Part shown: positions 38,926 to 51,500 of the stretch, one piece after another
How the letters are laid out: the number at the start of each line of letters is the position of its first letter
Position numbering within the stretch: position 1 is the first letter of the stretch
DNA from: Raillietiella orientalis
Taxonomy: Eukaryota
Direction of reading: 5' to 3'
NCBI GenBank assembly: GCA_036172245.1
Contig: JAYWIR010000012.1
Location: forward strand, 2,232,001-2,296,000
Length of the DNA: 64,000 nucleotides
Made by a program: the position numbers and the translations under genes
The notes under the pieces: generated by a model
The model's database searches: none
What the model was told of the DNA's origin: nothing
Seen by the model: only the letters and a program-made list of their open reading frames with translations

Positions 38926-41762
38926 GCTCCGAGTTCGCGACCTCGCTGCTCTTCCGGAGACCCGGACCTGGTGGTCGTCTAGAGGCTCTTCAGCCGACAC
39001 TGCCTAGCAGACAATTCCCGGCCGTGACGGGTGGAGGGGCGACGCCGCCGCCTCCGTCCTGGGGTGGTCCTGGAGGATCAATGCACCAACGGGCACAACC
39101 TGCCCCTCAGATTCCTCCCGGAAGGGCTCAGATCCCTACGGTTCGCCTCTTTCCGCGCGCATTCGCTCCTTGCGGGATGCGGCTTCCGCGCTTTCGAAAT
39201 GGAGGCGCGCGTCCGGCCCGGAGGGGACCCCCTCCTTCGAGAAGGGCCCGGATCATGTCCCCGCATCAGGCGTCCCTCAGCTGCTGGCCTCCTTCTTCCT
39301 TCCCCCTTCCATCACCTCGCCCTCATCGACGACCTCGGAGGACCTCGGAGGTGGAGCGGAGGTTCTTCGTTGGTCGCGAGAACGGGCTGGTCATCGTCCC
39401 CGTCAGGGAGGAGGAGACGAGGTGGCCTCCTGAGTACGCTGGTCGACTGAGAACCCATCGCGGAAGCTGGAGGAGTCCTTGCCATTAAACTGGCGTCCCC
39501 CGAGGGATTGTTCGGCACGAAGGGACTCGCTGCGCTACACGATGGCGTGGAGGCGACTCCCCAGCAGGCAGATTCGGCTCAGGGCCTCGAGATTTCCAGC
39601 TCTCCTTGCGAATCGATCTCTCGGGTCATCGCTTCCCAGGATCCCAGCGGATCGACGGCGATCACGCCAACCGGTGCTCCGTTCCTCCCGGGAACGGGGG
39701 GAAGAGAGGGAGGGCCTCGATTCCAGCGCAGCGCAGTTCCGTCGGGGAAGCGGAGGGTGCAGGGAGGTGAGGCCGATCCCACTTTGCCCACTCCGTGGGA
39801 TGCCGGCACCCGTCAGAGGGAGCGTCTCGCAGCATCTTCGTGACCGTGGGGAGAAGAAGAGCACCAAGAAGAACCGGAAGTCAGCCAGAGGCACGCACGC
39901 AGGAGAGACGACGCCCTCCGCTCTGGAGTAGTCTGGGCAATGGCCTCGCTGATGCGAGGAGCCTCTCGATACCACAGCCGGGAGCAGGGGATGAAACGGG
40001 AAGGGAGGGAAGTAGTTCGGAGAGTCCCTTTTCTTGCGCCCCCCCTCTCTCTCTTTCTCTCTTGACCCGGCATCCCGTCCATGAAACGCCAGTAACAAGG
40101 AAATCTTCCGGGATCGGCTGCGCGTGTCTGGCTCGAAGGCTGGGCTCAGTCCTGGAGACCCGCGCAGGGGAAGGGGGGAGAAGGAACAATTTCTGGTTCC
40201 CTGAGGAAGGAGGAGCTTCCAAGGCGCCCGCAGGGCTCAGAAAGTCCTCCTTTCCTTCACGAAGAAAAATTCCTCCGCATCTTCAGCCAGCATCCGGCCG
40301 CCCTGGACTGCGAAACCGCGCGGCGGCTTCGTGTTCACCACCGACCACGAGGTCTCTCGGAGAGCTATAGCCCTGCTACCCACACCTCCTCAGGCGGCAG
40401 CAGGAGGTGGTGCCCCCCCCCTCGCATGGGTGCAGGCGAGGCAGTAGCCCTTCCCCATGACTTCTAGCGGTGGTGCCTCGACCCCACTCCAAAGGACCAG
40501 TCCAGGCGGCCATCTGCGAGGGGGAAGAGAGGAAGGAAGAAGGTCGCCGTACTCTCCTTCCTCCCGGAAAGAATTCTCGGGCAGGCGAATGCGCTCCGCA
40601 GGAGGAAGATCCGGAAGCTCCTCCCTCAGGAGCTCTGCCTCCGGGAAAGTAGAGTCTCTTTCGGGAGCGGACGTAGCGCAGCGCCGCCGCTTCTTGAGAG
40701 CACGCCGGAGCGCGCGGCTGCCGCTTCTGAGACGCCCGGCGAGTGCGTCGCTCGGTCCAGCGCGTCCCTTCCCCTCCTCCTCCTTCTCGACTGCGCCGTA
40801 ATCTCCTGACTCTATAGCCGCCGGGATCGCTCCCTGTCTTCCGCCTCCCTCGAATTTTCTCCTGGATCAGGTGATGCTGCGATCGCTGAGATGAAGAATC
40901 TCCAGCATTTGGGGGAGGAGGGTCTTAAGCGGTTCCTCAGCAGAATTTTCCACCTGATCTGCCTCGGGAGACGGCAAGCCGAAAACTCGAGACGAGGGAG
41001 GGGAGAGAGGGGGAATCGATGCCGCGGTGGAGCCTCCGCGCATGGATGCGCAGGCGAGCGATGGCCTGGTGCCCCTTTCCCCTCTCCTTCCCCCACACAC
41101 ATACACAACCTGACCGGCGGGCCCACCTGGAGGCGTCCCTGGCAAGCGCGCTTTTTACCAAGGACGCCTCCAGGTGGGCGTCCTTGCCCCGCCTTCCCAG
41201 TTGGACCCTGCTCCTGAGGGTCGCCTGGACGTCATCAGAGGACCGACTGAGAGGTGGTGCTATCCGCCGCGACGTCGCCACTACCATCTTGGAAACCGAA
41301 CCTCATGACCGGGGCGATGGGTGGAAAAGCTGAGGGCGACGCGAGAGTCTCTGGCCTTCCCTCGGGTTCAGGAAGAGAGCGTCTCGGTGCACAACCCGGG
41401 GCAGCCTTGGTCTGTCCGCGGAAATGACTTCTCTCGGCGCGGCTCCCGAAGCCAGTCTCCACAAAAACTGGAGCCGGCGAGGGCCCTTCTGCAGTCCAGA
41501 GAGCAGCAGGGAGCGCTCCGCGACCCGCAGTGGCAGGACGCTTTCCCCCCGGCTGCATCCGGCAGCTGAGGGACCCGGTTCCCAAGGAAACGGCTCCGTC
41601 GGCAAGCGAGGGCCGGGAGACCAGCACGGGTACAGCGCGCTCGGGACGGTGGCTCCGCATGGAGCTCATGTCGCCGGCAGTTCGGGATCCCTCCGGCCTC
41701 TCGGCGCGGGAGGAATCCGCAGAGATGCGCCATCCCGTCGCAGGAGCAGACCAAGCGCGACC

Positions 41763-41920
41763 GAGTGACCTCGAGCTCCGCACAGACGTGGTGTCGGCCA
41801 TCGATGGCAGGCCATTCGGGAAAAAAACCCTTTGGCCCGGGGGAGAGCGGCGGTGGGCGTGAAGCTGCATCCCCGCACGGAGACCCACGGAAGGAAAATT
41901 CGAATTCACCTTGGTGATCC
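41763..41920 (+). repeat. Diverged direct repeat C, copy 1
   Basis: gagtgacctcga.ctccgc.cagacgtgg.gtcggccatcga.ggcaggcc.ttcgggaaaaaa.ccctt...gagagcggcggtggg.gtgaa shared with 43852-44020. Confidence 0.9.
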
Positions 41921-43851
41921 GAAAATGAAAGGCGGCTCCGTTCCTGAGGCTCACTCCAGGAGGGAGCGAGTCGCCGCTGGCGGCGGCGGTGAGCTCATGC
42001 CAGGATTCGAAACCGGGACCGACTGACCAGCAGCGGGGGATTTTCGCCATCGCCGGAGACCCCACAGCCCCGCGTTCCTTCTCCAGGTTGGACCTGGCGT
42101 GGCACATAGGCGTCGGCGTCTATCTCTTGCGTCCCGAGGCGGCCATCCAGGTCAACGGGTCCACGGTGTTGTCTCCAGTGGCCAGTGGAGCCACGGACCG
42201 ATCTTCCTGCAGGAGCTGCATCTCGGGGGCGCCATACCCAAACTAGCTTTACGGTTACGAGGGATGCGCCCACGGGCTGCGGATGAGTCCCGCCACGCCC
42301 TTCCCGTCCCTCCTCCACTCCTCCCCGCGCAGGCGAACGGGAATGCCCTGGACATGTTCGAGGACGCCGCCCAGATGCACCGCATCTCCCTCTGCGGGCC
42401 GGCCGACCCCCCGAACCGGCCGTGAGGGAGGGACGCGGGGAGCCAAGTGATCCGCGAGCGAGAACGCCAGCCGTGCACGAGACCCAGCGGGTGAGCGATC
42501 CGGCCCGCGCGCGCACCTTTCCCCGGGAAGCCGACGGGGACGCGAGGGCGGGGATGACCCCGTGCAGATTCCGCCACCTATGCCTTGCAGTTTTCGGGGT
42601 GACAACCGCCGGTGCATGACAGGGTGCTCAGGGGCGGGGGTGTTCTGCAGTAGAGCGGGGGCGCGTCGCGGATTCCAACCCGACACCGTCCATCCGCGCA
42701 CTCGCTCGGACTCGGACTCCGAGAGCGCGTGCTCGCTGTCCCCCCGGATATCTAGTCGGGTGGTCGTTGCGCAGGGGAGAGTCCTCACTGCCCTTGCGGA
42801 GACCGACTCGTGTGGTTGTTCGGAGGGCGTCCCAGCAGGTACCACCCGGCAGGGACGTCCCGGCGGTGCCGGATGGGACGGGAAACGACGACGATGACGT
42901 CCTGGGGGGGTCTCGTCGGGGTGACGCACCAGCTGGAGCCAACCGGCCCCTCGAGTTTCGCCCGTCCGCTGTATTCGGTGTGGTAGGAGATGGCGCCCTT
43001 TATCGCATGGAAGGGGAGTTGGTCTCCGCTCCGGTGCAGTGGGCGCTTCGTGCCTGGCGAGCGGGAAAAGAAGGGAAACGCTCCCACCCCTACTGCATCG
43101 GATGCTGCGCTCCCCTCCCCCCACCCCTTGACCTCCAGAACGGCGCGGATGGCGGATTACCCGGACAGGTTACTGCCCGAATGCGCCGTGCACTTGGCGC
43201 CGTAGCGGCAGCAGAGGTCGGCCATCCACACAGCGGCCCTGCTGATGGAGGCTGCCGCGAGGAGGCCTCGTCGGGATCCAGGAACCGCTAGGGAAATCTG
43301 CGGCACCTCACGGGAGGAGGGGAGCGCTGCGAGCATCCAGCCCTTCCGCTCCCTCACTTTTCATTCTCCCAATTTATTTGCAGCTGTCCTTTCCTCCCGC
43401 TCCTGCCCCATAGAAGCGGCCGACCTACGAGTCGGTGACGCCTCTCCCTAGGGAGCTCCGTTTCTTCCGGTATCCAGTAGGAATCTCCTGCTAGCGCTCA
43501 GTCCAAGGAGATGAGCGTACCGGCGTGACCTCATTCTCATCCTGGTGGTCGCGCCGTGATGAGAAGGCCGACATGTGCTGCCCCTGGGTCGGAGGGCCGC
43601 GCTCGCTGGGGGCAGGACTGGGGAGAAGGGTAGGGAGGGCCAATCAGTGAAAGAGCGGGTAGGGAGTGACGAATCCCGAAGACCCGAGTGGGGACAAGGA
43701 AGGGACGAAAGGGAGGTCAATCCGCGTACAATCGCCCGAAGGCTCCCTGGAAACCCCTCATCCCGAATCGGACCATTTCGACGCCCCGCACGTGGGCTGT
43801 GGCGATCCAGGGCGAAGGCCGCACCTAGCCCTGTGGAGGGCGCGTGCGGTT

Positions 43852-44020
43852 GAGTGACCTCGACCTCCGCGCAGACGTGGCGTCGGCCATCGACGGCAGG
43901 CCGTTCGGGAAAAAACCCTTGGTCGGGGGAGAGCGGCGGTGGGAGTGAAACCACGCCCCCACACGGAGGCCCTCAGAAAGAGTCGGAGGGGCGTGACCTT
44001 CCGCTTCAGGTTCGGAGATC
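43852..44020 (+). repeat. Diverged direct repeat C, copy 2
   Basis: Same anchors as copy 1; offset about 2089 bp. Confidence 0.9.
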
Positions 44021-47000
44021 CCTTCCAGAGGGAGCGTAGGGAGGCATCCACGTTCCGTCGGCTCTCCTGGCTGTTGCCGTGGTGGCGCATCGAAGTCACG
44101 CTAAACGCCCCTCGGGATTCGGAAAGGGGGGTAAGGAAGTCAAAAAGATGCTGACCTCCAGGTCGTCTCGTGAAAAGGGCGGGAGGACCAGGGAACCGAA
44201 TGCTGCGGACCGAAGGGAGTCATCGGCGACCCGCGCCGCGTCCCCTGCAGCCCTCCTGGGAAGCCTCTCGACGTGGGGGGCGCCCTCCTTCCTTCGTCCC
44301 GACGGAGTGGACTGAGGAGGGGATCCGCTAGCGGCTGCCCACCAGCCGGCCTCAGAACACCCCCCTGGAAGCCACGAAGGCCGCTTGGGGGAGGCCTCAT
44401 TGGGGCAAGGTCTCATCCTCCGTTCTCCAAGGAAGGAGCTCCCCCTCTGAGGAAGGGAGTTGCCGGTCTCCGGGGAGGGGAGACCGGGAGATGTGTCTAT
44501 TGACCCGCTCGCTGCGCTGCCCTAGAATGGGCCCCTAGAATGAGGAGGCTGCAAGCCTTTTACTTGAGGGACAGCAGAGTCCAGCGGCAGACGGCGCCAC
44601 CGTTCGTTCCCAGGAGGTCTGGCCGAAGGCAAAGGAATGGTCCCCCCCCCAGAGAGCTTGTCGCGTCGCGAGGAAAGCTCTCTGAAGAGTTGTGAGTCTA
44701 AAGTGTCACCACGGAGATGGACTGCTCTTGAGAGCAGGGAAGGGGTGGCGCTGACCACCCCGGCTCCTCGGTTCTTCCGGGACGCCCGCGGCGGTCGGGA
44801 CGGCGAGGGAGGAGCCACCCCGCTGCATGAAGGCGGAGCGCGCGCTCGCCTTCGTGAGCCATCCCATGGAAGGCGCGTCTCAACTTCCCCCGTCCCTCCT
44901 TTCTTTTCTGAAGGACCCCTCTGCCGAAGCGCCAGAAAGCCCTACTCTCGAGAGCTGCCCCTATGACCAAGTCTAGAGAGCCCCCGCGCGTCCGAGGTCC
45001 TCGGGCAAAAGGAGCAAGCGGTTTCGGAGCCCTCCTCGCGCCGTTTTGATGCGGGGCGTAGCCGGCCTCGGGCTCTCCCACCGAGGCGGAGGCCCCCGTG
45101 TGCGAGGCTGTTTGCTTCCAAGGTCACCACGGGCCCTCGGTTCTTTCGTCTGGGCTCGGATGGGTAAGGGTCACCCCGCCCGAGGGATGGAGACGGGCAG
45201 GGCGACCATCGGGCCTGCCTCCCGCCACTGGAGCAGCCTGCCGTGGATCCCGGAATCTCCAGCAGCGCCAGACGGTCGCCCAAGAGACGCGACCTCCCTC
45301 GCTATCCCACGTGACGCAGGACGGCTGCCGTTGCCACGTGGACTCCCGGAGGAAGCCACACGCCTTGCATCCCCCGCTGGACTGTGGAGATAGTGCCTCC
45401 AGCGAGCTTTCGCGGAGCCTCTCCTGGCCCTCCTCCTGGACTTTTCCGCGGAAGCGGCGGAAACCATCCTGAGCGCCAGCGACCTGGAACCAAGGGGGCC
45501 TCCTCTGCGGGCAGCTCCCCCCCCTTCTGCAAGGACCCCCGCGGAGCCCCTTCCCGCCCCTGCGTCGCGTACGTCTGTTCCGCTTCCCGTAGAGGGAACT
45601 CTTCGGGAGCCACCAGGCGGGCAGCTCAGGGAAGAGGAGTCATGAAGAGGCCTTCGAACCCGGAAAGCGTGAGCCATGCGGGAGCTACGCTCCCTGCCCA
45701 GTATCCTCTCCGCACTTGCTCCCACTCCTACCCGTGGGATCGGAGAGGCCGGGAGACGAGAATGGGGAACGCCCCGAGTCGGTGAGCCCGCTCGTTCCCT
45801 GCCAAGATGACCGCTGCCACGGTGGCAAGGCGTAGGCGTCCGCAACCACCTTACCCTTCGGCGGGCATGCTGCCCGGATCCGCGGGGCGGCAGGAAGGGC
45901 GGGTCGGGTTAGTGGAGGAGGGAGACCCGCCGTCGGGGACGATCCTGCGTCTCCATGGAGATCCTCGCCTCGGCCTCCATCCGGGAGGGAGGGCTCTGAA
46001 TGACGCCTGTAGAGATGACTTCCCTCAGGGGTGCGAGTGCTCGCCCAGGAGATGCAACAAAGGAATGCTCCGAGGAGGGGAGGCTGCGCTCGCATGCCTC
46101 GAGGAGGGGGTAGGATCCGTTTGTCCCCCAGTGTGCCTCGAACGTGCCCACAGAGCGACAAGGGCCGCAGAAGGGTGTCCGGAAATCACAGCGAGGTAGA
46201 GCCGGAAGCCGCTCTAGCGGTCATCGGAGAGACCCACGGGAGAGGGGTGGGACGGCGCCCATCACGACCTTCTGCTCCCTCCGCGCCACCGCCGCGTAGC
46301 AGACTCGACAGGAAAGGCGCTATGCCCCTCCGGGGCGGACCCAGGGGCACCCTGGCAAGGTGAAGACAAGGAAGCTGGGAGCGGCGGCGGAGGCGCCGCG
46401 AGAGAGGAGCGCAGCAGGGTGCGGGCCAGCGGGAGGAGAGGGACGAGGAGTCACAGAACCACACCCTTCCCGCCCGCCTACGAGGTTGGAAATGGGAGGA
46501 TGCAGGCAAAAAAGGCGGCTCATCCGGAAGCACCCTCTGCCTTGATAGACGTAGTGCTGCCAGGAGATCCTCGAAAGCTGGACGGGGATCGAGGAGCCTG
46601 ACACCTGCGTATCTCGGAGCCTCCCGGGCACCGCTGCCTGCTGCACTCGGTTCCCAAAGACGAACCCGGGCAGGAAAGGGGGAGGAGGATGGAGGGTGGA
46701 GTAGGAGGGCGGGCGAGAAACTGCGGCCCCGCTCCACCCACCGACTGTTTCGCACCGGTTCCCATCTCTGTTGCTGGAAGAGGACTGCAGGAAGAGCAGC
46801 GAGAGGACTCATTCGTGAAGGGACTCGCGCCCTTTGCTGCCTTCTGAAGGGCTGCACCAGACTCGTCAGGTCACCTTACCGAAGGCAGCGAGGGCGTTCA
46901 CCCGTCACCTGACCCCTCTTTCCCCCCCTCTTCTTCCTTTCTTTCTTTGCCAGGAGGTTCGCACGCGCGACTCCTGACCGGCCGTCCGGCAGCGAGGAAA

Positions 47001-48348
47001 AGCAAAAGGAGAGTCCCTCTGAAGCCAGAATCCGTGACCAGAGACAAGCTGCAAAGATGCCTGACAGCGCAAGTGGAAGTCAGGCGATCGAAACCCAAGC
47101 GGAAGCGAGGGGAGTAGGGGAAGAGCTCGGATGAGCTGGCCGCATTGCTATCTATTGATGACTTGAAGTACTGTTTCTGTTCGAGTGCAGTTTTTTAATA
47201 AGGCACGAGATGGCACGTGCCTACTGCATTCTCGAAGTCCTCCCTGAATATCGATTTTCAAGACTTTTGGCCTGCTGGAAAGCCACGGGAACCCCGCGGG
47301 TTCCTTTGGCTCTGGAATCCCATAGCGCAATCTGTACTCATCCTCAGGGTACCATTTTATTGCTCTCAACCCTCAGGCTACTCGGGAGAGCGTGGTTCGT
47401 AGCCGCTGAGAGGCGGACGCGTCTTCCAGAGTGGTCCTGCAGCTCCCGCAAAAGAACAGAGGGCGTGCAACCTCCGAGAGTTGGCGAGGGAACGCCCAAG
47501 GGGGAACGACGTTTCTCTCCCACTGCCATGTGGTTGGGTGTCTCGCGGGGAACCCTCCGGAAGGTCACCGCGCGGACGATTTCGCCTCCACCGAGCTCTC
47601 GAAGAGATTCCTTGCAGAGCGTGGGAGGGGCCAAAGAGGATGCGGTGGACGCGAGCCGACTGGAGTCTGCGTCCCACGCGGAGGGGGCGTTTGTCGCCAC
47701 TCCCCTTCCCCGCGCAAGGCGGCGAAGAAGTGCCGGTGACAGCTGGCTGATGGAAGAGCAGGACGGAAAGCGCCCGCGAGCGCTATTCGGGGGGGACGAG
47801 CCGCCGGGAGTCTGTCCGTGGAGCCGACAAGTCGCCCTTTCTACCAGAGGAATCTTCCGCTCTCCGGGGACTCGCGGGAAGGAAGGCACGCGCGGTTGCC
47901 GCAGCCCGAGGCTCCGGGCGTCAGTTGCCCATCCCCAGCAGAGGAAGAGGAGGAGGGCTGCCTTCCAGCGCGCGAGAGACTCGCGGAAAGACCGCGAGAG
48001 GGCAGCAGAGGGCAGACGCTCAGCTGCTGCCGTGGCTCTTCGCTGCGGAGACGCCTGGGGAGGAGGGGGGAGGAAATCGATTTCGACACCACAGGGAAAG
48101 GAGGGCCCGTGGGCAAAGGAGGGTCCCGCTGGCGAGGAAAGTGACCCCCTCCCCCTCCCGCGCGCGGAAGCCGTGGCTCGCCTTGGACGCGACCGAAAGC
48201 TGACCACCGGATTCGAAAGGGCGATCCGGGCGGCCTCTCCCCTCGGCAGAATCTTCTGGAAACGGGTCTTTCCGGTCATTGCAGAAGGGGGAGGGGAGTG
48301 GGAGGCGAGGAGAGGAGGGAAAAGAAGGGGGGGCAGCGCGCGTGGATG

Positions 48349-48528
48349 GAGTTCTCTGTTGTTTCATTAGAATGTGCTACAGATTTTGTTACTACCGCGC
48401 CGGCGCCATCACCAGAGTACACAAGTTGACCTATCTTGCCAATCAACAATCCTAGACATTATTTCAGTACCTATAACCAGTGCATATTTAGTTCTGTTGT
48501 TAGATTTTATAAAAGAATCAGCAATATT
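48349..48528 (-). pseudogene. fabH: Bacterial 3-oxoacyl-ACP synthase III (FabH) gene fragment, frameshifted; putative endosymbiont-derived insertion
   Basis: Translates NIADSFIKSNNRTKYALVIGTEIMSRIVDWQDRSTCVL, then a single T at 48414 where a Phe codon is expected, then GDGAGAVVTKS. This is the FabH signature DW-x-DRSTCVLFGDGAGAVV. The segment is clearly AT-rich with abrupt edges against GC-rich flanks. Confidence 0.9.
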
Positions 48529-51500
48529 TTCGCCTTCTTCCTCCTCCTCTCCCCTCCCTGCCGCGGCCTCCGCCGCGAAGGCAGGGGAGGAAGGAGATGG
48601 CGAAAAAGAGTGGAGGAAAACGCGACCTCGGAGAGCGCCTTGGCGGAGCGGGACACGCGGAGCCAGCGTCGAGGGGAAATCGTTCCTGGGGAGGAAAACG
48701 CGTCCATTCCGGAGCAGCGCCGCCATGGAGACCCCTCCGGCAACTCTGCTCCCGAAGGATGCGTTCCAGGGTCTCGAGATGGGAGGCACTGCTCCCGGTT
48801 TTACGTGGTACCGGCGGCATAAACGCAACCTCGTGAGGACACTTCTACCCCATGTACCTGTCCGCAGACCGAGGACAGGCCCACAGGCCATTCCGCGGCG
48901 CCGAGAGCAGCTCGTCCCCCACGCAGAGAGGGAGGAGGTGGACCAGAGTGTGCTGCGGCCACCATATTTCCCTCTGGGAAATACTGCGTCACGTCCTCTC
49001 CTTCCGGTCGCATCTGTGGCCGGCTCATGTCGCGGGAACCCTGCTGACCCTTAATGATGTCCTCTGACCTCCTCTCGGGCCTCTTCGGATGAGGCCGCAA
49101 GTAGGGTGAGAAAGGGCGACTTGTCTTCCCAGGTCCTCAGAATCATCCATCCCTCCGAGCGGACGATCGCCAGGAGGGACGTTGCTCGCCCTGAGGCTGC
49201 AGGAAATTTCCTCGAGGGCCCAGGAGCTGTTCCGGGAAGGGGCTTCGTCTCGCGGGCTCACTCGCCCTCGTAGTGGAAGGAGGCTGCTGGACCACCAGTC
49301 CTAGACCAGGGCACGGACCGACGACCGGAAGGGGAGGCTCCACGGTAGGGCGGAAACGGTTTCCCGGGGTCACCTAGAGGATTCAGCGTGCTGGGGAGCA
49401 GAGCGCGGGCTTAGCCGGCAGCAATCCCCCATCTTCTCCGTCCCCTCCTCCGGAGATGCCCTGAGGACTGCGACGGAACTCACTGCTGCAAGGCGGGCGA
49501 GGTGGTGGCCAGGGGTCTTCCCTATGGCCGGCATCGGAAGGGTGCCGCGTGATAAACTGTGCTTGATAAACTGACTGTCAGCTCGAGCTAGTGCAGGTCC
49601 ACTGATCTCTAAATTATTAGATCCCTTTTTAGATCTAATAAGTATTTCTATTTCTGTGTTGCAAAGAGTTTCATGGAGTGATCCCAACACGCATTCAAGA
49701 TAAACTTGTGGGATTCCGGTCTTCAAGTCTGTGACCAAGGCGACGTGCTCAAGTCGCTTCTGGTACATATTTTGCTTCATAGTTTCATTTGCAGAAATCT
49801 AATCTCATTTGAATCCGCCCGCTCAGTCTGCTCCGGACACAGCATCTTGTGCGTCTGGTCCCGATGTTAAAGGACAGTTTATGGCTGCATTTCATACAGT
49901 TTGAATCACCCAGGGATACCAAAGATCGTTCACCTTTTTCCGATGTGGAGACACCAACTCCTTCCAATCCATCACGGAGGAAAAACTGGCAACCGGAGAC
50001 TCTCAAGCGAAGTTGCATCTGTCGGGTTGCGCTTCTTGCAGGCATCCCCCCCCTTCGCTCTTTCCCTACCTTCCTTCCATTCTTTTTTCAGGTCTTTTAC
50101 ATTTTATTCAGGTACTCTAAAAATCACATCCTGACCTGCAGAAATATGGCCACCGCTGTAACTCTCCTTTAATTTTTTTTCCAGAGTGCTGAGCTCACAG
50201 ATGTTCCCAGTTTTTAATTAGAAAAACAACTACAAAAAATGGCCGCGTTCTTCCTGCCTGCGTACACATCCGTCTAACAAAATGACCTGTCTTGATAAAT
50301 CGTTACCTTGTACCAATACGTGCCAGACGATAAGAAGCCATGCGGAAGGGGAAATCCCACGTGGATAAACGCGAAGACGTAACAGGACTGAGACCAAACC
50401 CTAGCAACTGAGGAGAAGCCCCGAGTGGAAACGGACAGGAACCGGGAAAGGTGCACAACGTGTTCCAACGTGGTGCTGCTACCTTCCCGGTGCCATTCAC
50501 CGTGCGCACGAAACACCGCGCTTTGTGGTGGTGTTGCCTCGCTGAGTGTACGTGCACGAGGCGGCCTTTCCTCCCTTGCCAAATCCCGCCAGTCTACACG
50601 ACGCTCTCGCTGTATGAAGGCATCTGCCCAGCAGATGCTCGCCAGCCGCCCCGCGGATCCGGTGAATCAGGGTGGTTCGGGGTGGTCTCGGACACGAACC
50701 AGAGTGCAGAAAGAAAAGAACGGGAGCCCCCCGGACATGTCGAGGCAGAAGGCCCCGCCGCTGATGAGACTTCCCCACGTCGCTCGCAGATCGTCCAGGT
50801 TGGATCACTCGCGGCCAGTGGACGTCCGGGTGCACGCCCGAGGAGCACGTGACCAGGAGCGCAGGAATGAAGGGAACAAGGCACCACCGCTGTTGATGGG
50901 ACGTGGGCCCACCCGCCCTCGAAGCCCTGATTCGTCGAGACCCATGAATGCTGAGGGATTTACGCCTGTGGACCTCAGACAGGGCCTATCCTCGCCCCTT
51001 TTCCCTCAAAGTGGGGGTCTACAAGCGTGCCGGGGGAGGTGGAAGCCTCACGGCTTGTGCAGGGACAGCGCTGAACTGCAGGAGGCTGCCTGAGGAGCCG
51101 TTTTGGCACCCGACGGCGCCACGGCTTCCCCGGCGTAGTCCTGATCTGCCTCTGCGAGACGAACGATGCTTCCCGCGTGGGTCCTGGAAATGGGCGGTCG
51201 ATGGTAAAGAGGGGGATGCTCTGCCCCCGGCAGAGAGGTACGGGTGGCGCCGTTTTGCCAGGTGAGAGAGGCGAAGTGCCCTTTCTGTGGTGCTGCAGAA
51301 GAAGCTGCTGGGTAGGCGGGGCGAGAGACCCCCCGCGAAGAAGGACTGCGCTCGTACGAGAGAGACCGCAGCCGTCCGTTCCATTCCGTTCTCTCGCGTG
51401 TGGGTCCCGCTTCGCACGTGCGCATCGCCCAAGAACGTGCTTAAGGAGAACGCAGCGACATCACGTACAGTAACGTAGCGTACGACATAATGTACAGTAA

